The notes below the pieces were generated by a model. That model was given only the letters and a program-made list of their open reading frames with translations, was not told the DNA's origin and did not search any database. This document shows positions 59,153 to 64,000 of a stretch of 64,000 bases of DNA, piece by piece (position 1 is the first letter of the stretch; each line of letters begins with the position of its first letter). The translations under genes and the position numbers were made by a program. Source of the DNA: an uncultured virus (IMG/VR IMGVR_UViG_3300022555_000042) (taxonomy: Duplodnaviria > Heunggongvirae > Uroviricota > Caudoviricetes); IMG/VR virus record IMGVR_UViG_3300022555_000042; one strand, given 5' to 3'.

Positions 59153-59530
59153 TTAGAATTTTTGTTGCTGCATCTGCGTCCTGATATCCCCGAGCCTTAG
59201 AATGTTCTGATGGAGTTTATCATCAATGACCTTCGGAGGGGTCGGGCGGGCCACTGGTGCCATGGGAATGGTGGTGGGCGGGGTTGGGACCTTGGCGGCT
59301 ACCTTCTGTAGTTCATCTTCTTTGGCTTTGAGAGCCTCAAAGGCCGTCTCGATGTCGGAGATGCCCCGGATCATTTGGATCTTGGTATTTGCGACCTCGA
59401 TGGAGACGTTCGAGGATTTGAAGAAAACCCACATTAGGCCGCTAGTGACCACCAGGATGGAGAAGCTGACCACATACCAGAAGATCTTGGGGATACCAGT
59501 CTCGGTGAAAGCGTCTTTAATAACACCCAT
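59153..59530 (-). CDS. membrane-anchored coiled-coil protein
   Basis: AAGGAG RBS, one hydrophobic segment. Confidence 0.65.
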   Translation of the reverse strand: MGVIKDAFTETGIPKIFWYVVSFSILVVTSGLMWVFFKSSNVSIEVANTKIQMIRGISDIETAFEALKAKEDELQKVAAKVPTPPTTIPMAPVARPTPPKVIDDKLHQNILRLGDIRTQMQQQKF

Positions 59531-59542
59531 GTTTAACTCCTT

Positions 59543-59616
59543 GCACTCGTAGCACAATTGGATAGTGCTTCTGACTACGAATCAGAGGGTTGCAGGTTCG
59601 AGTCCTGCCGAGTGCA
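59543..59616 (+). tRNA. tRNA-Arg(ACG)
   Basis: Canonical cloverleaf, loop CTACGAA. Confidence 0.95.
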
Positions 59617-60037
59617 TTTGTGAAGGTTTGTGGAACACATACTCAAAGTTCTCAGCGTAGTCGTGGGCGTGGATGCGGTCCCGCACCAAGAGTGGGTCCC
59701 GCAGAGCCTTTAGAAACTCTTCCTTCCCCAGGCCGACGATGTGGGCGGTGACATCCCAGAAGCTGTCGTCGCCGATGTTCCAGAATCCGTGAGGCTGGCC
59801 GATGATCTCGGCGTAGGCGTCTAGGGCACCTTGGAGGGTTCGCCGCTTGGTTTTGGCGAAGGCTTCTAGGCGGACAAGTTCTTCTTCGGGGACCCGTTGC
59901 TGGAGGGCGATAGCCAATTCGGTTCGGTCGGCTCCCTTGCACCATCCGATTTCCTTGATGAGATTCCACCAGTAGGCATCCCCACGGGCGTAGGATGGTT
60001 GAGGCACTGGGACAGTTGGAACCGCTATTTCTGACAT
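59582..60037 (-). CDS. DUF4240-like protein
   Basis: YWWNLI..GDDSFWDVTAHIVGLGKEEF..DP..YAENFEY. Confidence 0.6.
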   Translation of the reverse strand: MSEIAVPTVPVPQPSYARGDAYWWNLIKEIGWCKGADRTELAIALQQRVPEEELVRLEAFAKTKRRTLQGALDAYAEIIGQPHGFWNIGDDSFWDVTAHIVGLGKEEFLKALRDPLLVRDRIHAHDYAENFEYVFHKPSQMHSAGLEPATL

Positions 60038-60038
60038 G

Positions 60039-60368
60039 TTATTCTCCGCCCAATAAGATGATTGCTACGGTGGCGAGTACAAGACCCAACCACTGATACC
60101 ATTCTAATTTTTCTCTAAAGACTACAATGCCGATAATGGCGGTGGTGAGAACCGCCAGTACGGACCAGACGATGCCCACCACGGCCAGCTTGTTATATTC
60201 TTTAATGGCAGGAAGCCATAGGACCGAGCAGGCCACGTAGCAGACTACTGCGAGAGGGATGTAATACCATTTGGAGTTATTGGCCCACAATTTGGAGCAG
60301 ATTTCGCCGCACGCGAAGGCTGCGGCTGAGGAGAGCAACCACCAGAACCAATGGTATTGTAGGATCAT
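60039..60368 (-). CDS. SMR/DMT family four-helix membrane protein
   Basis: Four hydrophobic segments, GEICSK, IGIVVFREKL. Confidence 0.75.
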   Translation of the reverse strand: MILQYHWFWWLLSSAAAFACGEICSKLWANNSKWYYIPLAVVCYVACSVLWLPAIKEYNKLAVVGIVWSVLAVLTTAIIGIVVFREKLEWYQWLGLVLATVAIILLGGE

Positions 60369-60374
60369 GCGATA

Positions 60375-60401
60375 TTTACCGCCAGGTGCGCCGCGCCACA
60401 C
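60375..60401 (+). promoter_or_regulatory. TTTAC-N17-CACAC motif
   Basis: Recurrent motif. Confidence 0.55.
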
Positions 60402-60420
60402 AACACTAATACAGTGAGAT

Positions 60421-60732
60421 ATGGATAGTCGTCACTACATCCTCAAAGGCCACAAGCCCAAAGCTGTAGGTTTGTACGAATGGGCCGAGTGGTTTGAGAC
60501 CCACAAAGTGGAACGAGTGGTGGCTCAGCACACGATCAAGGGGCACTCCGTTTCAACGGTATTCTTGGGCTTAGATCACAATTTCTCGAAGGGTGGCCCT
60601 CCCATCCTTTTTGAGACGATGATCTTTGGTCCGAAGGGTGAGGAAATGTGTAAGCGGTATGCAACTTGGGAGGAGGCTGAGGAGGGGCATGCTGGTTTGG
60701 TGATGGCTTTAGAAGGGTGTGATCCAGAGTGA
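60421..60732 (+). CDS. phage hypothetical protein
   Basis: VSTVFLGLDH..PILFETMIFG..RYATWEEAEEGH, a motif I recall from small phage proteins. Confidence 0.75.
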   Translation: MDSRHYILKGHKPKAVGLYEWAEWFETHKVERVVAQHTIKGHSVSTVFLGLDHNFSKGGPPILFETMIFGPKGEEMCKRYATWEEAEEGHAGLVMALEGCDPE

Positions 60733-60733
60733 T

Positions 60734-60787
60734 GCCGCCGTAGCTCAATGGCAGAGCCGGACTGCCGCCGTAGCTCAATAGCAGAGC
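60734..60787 (+). repeat. 24-nt direct repeat of the tRNA-Thr 5' end
   Basis: GCCGCCGTAGCTCAATRGCAGAGC at 60734 and 60764. Confidence 0.9.
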
Positions 60788-60835
60788 TCCCGTCTTGTAC
60801 ACGGGTGGTTGTAGGTGCGAATCCTACCGGTGGCT
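60764..60835 (+). tRNA. tRNA-Thr(TGT)
   Basis: GCCGCCG/CGGTGGC acceptor, loop CTTGTAC; D-loop lacks GG. Confidence 0.85.
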
Positions 60836-60871
60836 ATTCTATGCAAACATAATGTTTTAATCGAGGGTTCG

Positions 60872-61609
60872 ATGAGTTATGTTAGCACACAACGATGGCG
60901 AGTTAAGGCAAAACAGTGGCTCGTCAAGTACAGTGGGGGTAAATGTCAGTCATGTGGATATGATAAATATCACGGCAACTTTGCATGGCACCATTTGCGA
61001 GATAAAAAGGCAGCCATGGCTAGGTTGATTAATAAGTGCTCATCGTGGAATGATATTATTGAGGAGGCGGATAAATGCGTGATGGTCTGTCATAATTGTC
61101 ATGGTGAGATTCACGCTGGTATTAGGGCATGTCCAGAAGTTAATGTTGATAATCGCAAGGTGGCGATGGCAGCCATTGGGCCTCAGAGACCAATCCCAAC
61201 TAGCCATAAATTCACATATTGCCACGAGTGCGGGAGGCCAACCAAGGGCAATAAATTCTGTTCATGGAAATGTCAATGCCAGTATGCCAATAAAATAAAG
61301 TGGCCTGATGACCTCGCTGGCTTGGTTGCGAACGAGACAATAGAAGTAGTCGCCGATAAGATGGGCATATCACCAGTGCTTGTTAACAAACGATTGCACG
61401 CCAAGAGGTGCAGGTGTGGCAAGCTAATGAGGCGTGGGAATACATGCCGCGAGTGTGCCCTTATTAAACGGGAGAAAATTACTTGGCCAGATAATCTCCC
61501 AGAGCTAATAAAGAATTCATCGTATCGGGCTGTCGCAATATCATTGGGTGTTTCAGACAAAGCTGTCGCAAAAAGGATAAAGAACCATTATGGGACGTTA
61601 CACGTATGA
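60872..61609 (+). CDS. HNH endonuclease with zinc motifs and HTH
   Basis: GGKCQSCGYD..FAWHH..KCVMVCHNCHGEIH. Confidence 0.85.
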   Translation: MSYVSTQRWRVKAKQWLVKYSGGKCQSCGYDKYHGNFAWHHLRDKKAAMARLINKCSSWNDIIEEADKCVMVCHNCHGEIHAGIRACPEVNVDNRKVAMAAIGPQRPIPTSHKFTYCHECGRPTKGNKFCSWKCQCQYANKIKWPDDLAGLVANETIEVVADKMGISPVLVNKRLHAKRCRCGKLMRRGNTCRECALIKREKITWPDNLPELIKNSSYRAVAISLGVSDKAVAKRIKNHYGTLHV

Positions 61610-62012
61610 GGTTCTAGGGATTGTGGGACTGCGGCCTATGCGTCCGCCGACCATTTTTGATTTAATGACTGACGCAATAACCACAGAACTTGATCGTGAA
61701 TGCTTTGCGGGGATCGGTACATTGCCAGACGCATCAGACAAATGGCCGAATAAGTGGTATGTTTCTGATGCTGTGGAATCGCCAGGCAGTAAGCCGGTGT
61801 TCCATGTCCGGGTTAAACCTGCCACCTGGGCATTTAGTAGAACAGGAACTAGAGAGTTTTTCTACGATGGCAATGGGGTCTATGAGGGTCTATGGGAGCA
61901 CGGAATGCTGGTGACTAATCGGTCGTATGTAAAAGTATTCAAGAGCACCCGGAAAGAACTAAAGGAAGCTGTTGATGCTTGGACAAGAGAGCAGAATCTT
62001 TCCCTCGAATGA
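61590..62012 (+). CDS. hypothetical protein
   Basis: AAGGA upstream. Confidence 0.55.
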   Translation: MGRYTYEVLGIVGLRPMRPPTIFDLMTDAITTELDRECFAGIGTLPDASDKWPNKWYVSDAVESPGSKPVFHVRVKPATWAFSRTGTREFFYDGNGVYEGLWEHGMLVTNRSYVKVFKSTRKELKEAVDAWTREQNLSLE

Positions 62013-62217
62013 ACTCCACTTCGAACTGGGCCAAAAATATCATCGGATGATCCGGGGGAGTATAGACAAGGCCACTTTTGTGGTGATCGTCTCTGAGAAG
62101 TTACACTCGCCTATTTTAGAGGTGTATACTGTCACTGGGGATGAGTTGCTGGCAAAGTTCGGAGCTGCGATTTGGGGGCGGGCAGAGGTTTTGGCTTACC
62201 CCAATGGGTTTAAGTAA
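61972..62217 (+). CDS. hypothetical protein
   Basis: Short ORF; start uncertain. Confidence 0.35.
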   Translation: MMLGQESRIFPSNELHFELGQKYHRMIRGSIDKATFVVIVSEKLHSPILEVYTVTGDELLAKFGAAIWGRAEVLAYPNGFK

Positions 62218-62224
62218 AAATATC

Positions 62225-62306
62225 GCGGGTATGGTGGAATTGGCAGACACGCTAGTCTCAAGAACTAGTGGCGCAAGCCGTGCAGGTTCGACTCCTGCTA
62301 TCCGCA
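62225..62306 (+). tRNA. tRNA-Leu(CAA)
   Basis: Class II cloverleaf, loop CTCAAGA. Confidence 0.95.
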
Positions 62307-62347
62307 TTCCGGGTTATGCGCTGGCCACGAGCGTGATCGTGGCATTC

Positions 62348-62422
62348 GACCTCGTAGCTCAGTTGGATTAGAGCATCTGCCTTCTAAGCAGAGGGTCGTG
62401 GGTTCGAGCCCCACCGGGGTCA
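62348..62422 (+). tRNA. tRNA-Arg(TCT)
   Basis: Canonical cloverleaf, loop CTTCTAA. Confidence 0.95.
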
Positions 62423-62424
62423 TT

Positions 62425-62712
62425 ATGAAATCAAAGCCCTGTATCAATGGATTTAGCAACCACCTTTACGAGGAGGGAAGGATATGTAAACGATGCGGAA
62501 CGACTAAGCGCGTTTACAAATCTTCATCTAAATGTAATCGCGCCCGTGCTGGGTATGGTCTTGATTATTATGTGCAAGGGTACTACGCATTTGGTAATGG
62601 GTTGAAGCGTGAGGCCAACCCACACCAGGGGGAACGGCGTGAGCAATGGTTTTTAGGGTGGGATGAGGGGAAAGCGGATACGCCCAGGCGTTGGGAAATT
62701 AAGCACCCGTAG
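62425..62712 (+). CDS. hypothetical protein with RMF-like C-terminal motif
   Basis: YVQGYYAF..NPH..REQWFLGWDEG. Confidence 0.5.
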   Translation: MKSKPCINGFSNHLYEEGRICKRCGTTKRVYKSSSKCNRARAGYGLDYYVQGYYAFGNGLKREANPHQGERREQWFLGWDEGKADTPRRWEIKHP

Positions 62713-62730
62713 TCCAATTGGATAGGGCAC
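62703..62730 (+). pseudogene. 5' half of an interrupted tRNA-Arg
   Basis: GCACCCG TA GTCC AATTGGATA GGGC A; acceptor strand pairs with 63475-63481. Confidence 0.8.
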
Positions 62731-62793
62731 ACTTTTCTGGTTCTATCTTAGTGTAGCCCAATTGGATAGAGTACTTAGTGTCAAATATAGTAT

Positions 62794-63375
62794 ATGAAAA
62801 CATGCAAATGTGGCGCTACGTTTCCGAATTGGATGACAATAGATGGCAAGCTCCATAATTTGGGTAGTCGAGTTCGGTGCCTTGATTGTCAGCCATTCAA
62901 GTCGCCCCGCCCCACTTGCTCTGTCGAGAATTTTAGGGCTAGGAAACGTAATAATACCCGCAATTGGCGCGATAAATTTGTAGAGGCGCATGGCGCTGAC
63001 CCAGCTAATTTAATCCGAAGTAGGAATCGGCGAGCAATCCTTTGTTTAATTGGGTATAGATGCCAAAAGTGTGGCTATGATAAAACCATAACCAACATTG
63101 TGTTCCATCATCTTAAAGATAAGTCGTTTGAGTTGGGAAATAAAGCGTTTGGGCACCAATTCAAGAAGATTATTGCGGAACTTAGGAAATGTGTCGCTTA
63201 TTGCCACAATTGTCATGGTGAATATCACCGTGGCCTAATTGACGATAAGATAGTTATAGATCATAATTGCCAATTAAATAAGGCTATTGATACAATATGT
63301 AATTGCGGCGATTGGCTTGTGGTTCTTGATAAATTAAAACTTCCGCGAGATTACACTCTCCCTATGCGTCCCTGA
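62794..63375 (+). CDS. HNH endonuclease
   Basis: CQKCGYD..VFHH..KCVAYCHNCHGEYH; stop codon lies inside tRNA-Arg(CCG). Confidence 0.85.
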   Translation: MKTCKCGATFPNWMTIDGKLHNLGSRVRCLDCQPFKSPRPTCSVENFRARKRNNTRNWRDKFVEAHGADPANLIRSRNRRAILCLIGYRCQKCGYDKTITNIVFHHLKDKSFELGNKAFGHQFKKIIAELRKCVAYCHNCHGEYHRGLIDDKIVIDHNCQLNKAIDTICNCGDWLVVLDKLKLPRDYTLPMRP

Positions 63376-63441
63376 TGCTCAATTGGATGGGCACCACTTT
63401 CCGAAGGTGGTATTTTGTGGGTTCGAATCCCACCAGGGACA
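63368..63441 (+). tRNA. tRNA-Arg(CCG)
   Basis: GTCCCTG/CAGGGAC acceptor, loop TTCCGAA. Confidence 0.85.
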
Positions 63442-63482
63442 TTCGAAGCTGGGTTGTGCGAGTTCGAGTCTCGCCGGGTGCA
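63442..63482 (+). pseudogene. 3' half of an interrupted tRNA-Arg(TCG)
   Basis: T TCG AA GCTGG GTTGT GCGAG TTCGAGT CTCGC CGGGTGC A. Confidence 0.8.
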
Positions 63483-63722
63483 TTAGACAGTGGGTGAGGG
63501 GGCGGACATTTGGTGGTATTCTTCGTGACGTTTGCGATACCCCTCCGCTCCACCATTCTTAATATAGTATTTAAGGAGGATTTCTGGGTCTGAGACGTTG
63601 TATCCCATGGCTTGGGAGCAGTACCACCGGTTGACCTCTCCGAGAGCTTCTTCGACTTGCTGCTGTAAGTGGTTTTGAAGTTCTGGCGGCGTCATATTCT
63701 CGTACAATACGGCGATCTTCAT
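63483..63722 (-). CDS. hypothetical protein
   Basis: ORF between tRNAs; start uncertain. Confidence 0.55.
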   Translation of the reverse strand: MKIAVLYENMTPPELQNHLQQQVEEALGEVNRWYCSQAMGYNVSDPEILLKYYIKNGGAEGYRKRHEEYHQMSAPSPTV

Positions 63723-63746
63723 ACCGGACTTTTGAATTATGTGGTA

Positions 63747-63773
63747 TTTGCCGCTGCTGCCGCTGGACAGCAC
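63747..63773 (+). promoter_or_regulatory. TTTGC-N17-AGCAC motif within an inverted repeat
   Basis: Recurrent motif; CGCTGCTG/CAGCAGCG arms. Confidence 0.45.
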
Positions 63774-63836
63774 GGGCGGCCAGCAGCGAGGTAAGCCCAC
63801 CGATGAATAAATATAAGTAGGAGTTGTTGACTAATC

Positions 63837-63920
63837 GCTCGGGTGGCGAAATTGGCAGACGCGCAAGCTTGAGGTGCTTGTGGCCGCAAGGTCTTGCAGG
63901 TTCGACTCCTGTCCCGAGCA
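63837..63920 (+). tRNA. tRNA-Leu(GAG)
   Basis: Class II cloverleaf, loop TTGAGGT. Confidence 0.95.
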
Positions 63921-63934
63921 TTAAGGAGGTTATC

Positions 63935-64000
63935 ATGACTGCCGTATTATCAGAGCCTGTTCTGATCCTGAACCGCAACTATGTGGCGCAAGATTTCGTC
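63935..64000 (+). CDS. 5' end of a probable HNH (McrA-like) protein, cut by the window edge
   Basis: AAGGAGGT RBS, MTAVLSEPVLILNRNY. Confidence 0.55.
   Translation, partial: MTAVLSEPVLILNRNYVAQDFV

Noticed and set aside
62731..63441. Group I intron in tRNA-Arg
   Set aside because: The insert is almost filled by an ORF and a tRNA, with no room or motifs for a ribozyme core, and the rejoined halves would lack an anticodon stem
1..64000. Stop-codon reassignment
   Set aside because: TAG, TAA and TGA all end well-recognised genes at expected lengths, coding density is high, and no suppressor anticodon was seen
1..64000. CRISPR array or cas genes
   Set aside because: No regularly spaced identical repeats; the only Cas12-related gene has TnpB size and architecture

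Overview
This window looks like part of a very large tailed-phage genome in the standard genetic code. The host may be a planctomycete, which is a weak inference from the sigma factor and an ATTQP-containing secreted protein. Region 0-13 kb holds a sigma-70 factor, GroEL, collagen/LamG virion proteins, a dNMP-kinase-like gene, dUTPase and an aldo/keto reductase. Region 13-32 kb holds virion and unknown proteins, a stand-alone TnpB, adenosine deaminase and LAGLIDADG endonucleases. Region 32.7-45.5 kb is a putative virion-surface module: a collagen with Cys in roughly every second triplet, two tandem paralogue arrays (5 and 4 copies), a glycosyltransferase and a methyltransferase. Region 50-64 kb has a hairpin-rich intergenic segment followed by 17 complete tRNA genes, none encoding CCA, interleaved with free-standing nucleases. 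Most notable: (1) the Cys-collagen/array/glycosylation module; (2) homing endonucleases that split their target and bring a replacement (kinase P-loop, tRNA-Arg); (3) tRNA-Cys and tRNA-Gln with long variable arms; (4) two recurring promoter-like motifs, TTTRC-N17-NNCAC and A-N-ATA at -9..-5 from start codons. All calls are by eye; no searches or folding programs were run.
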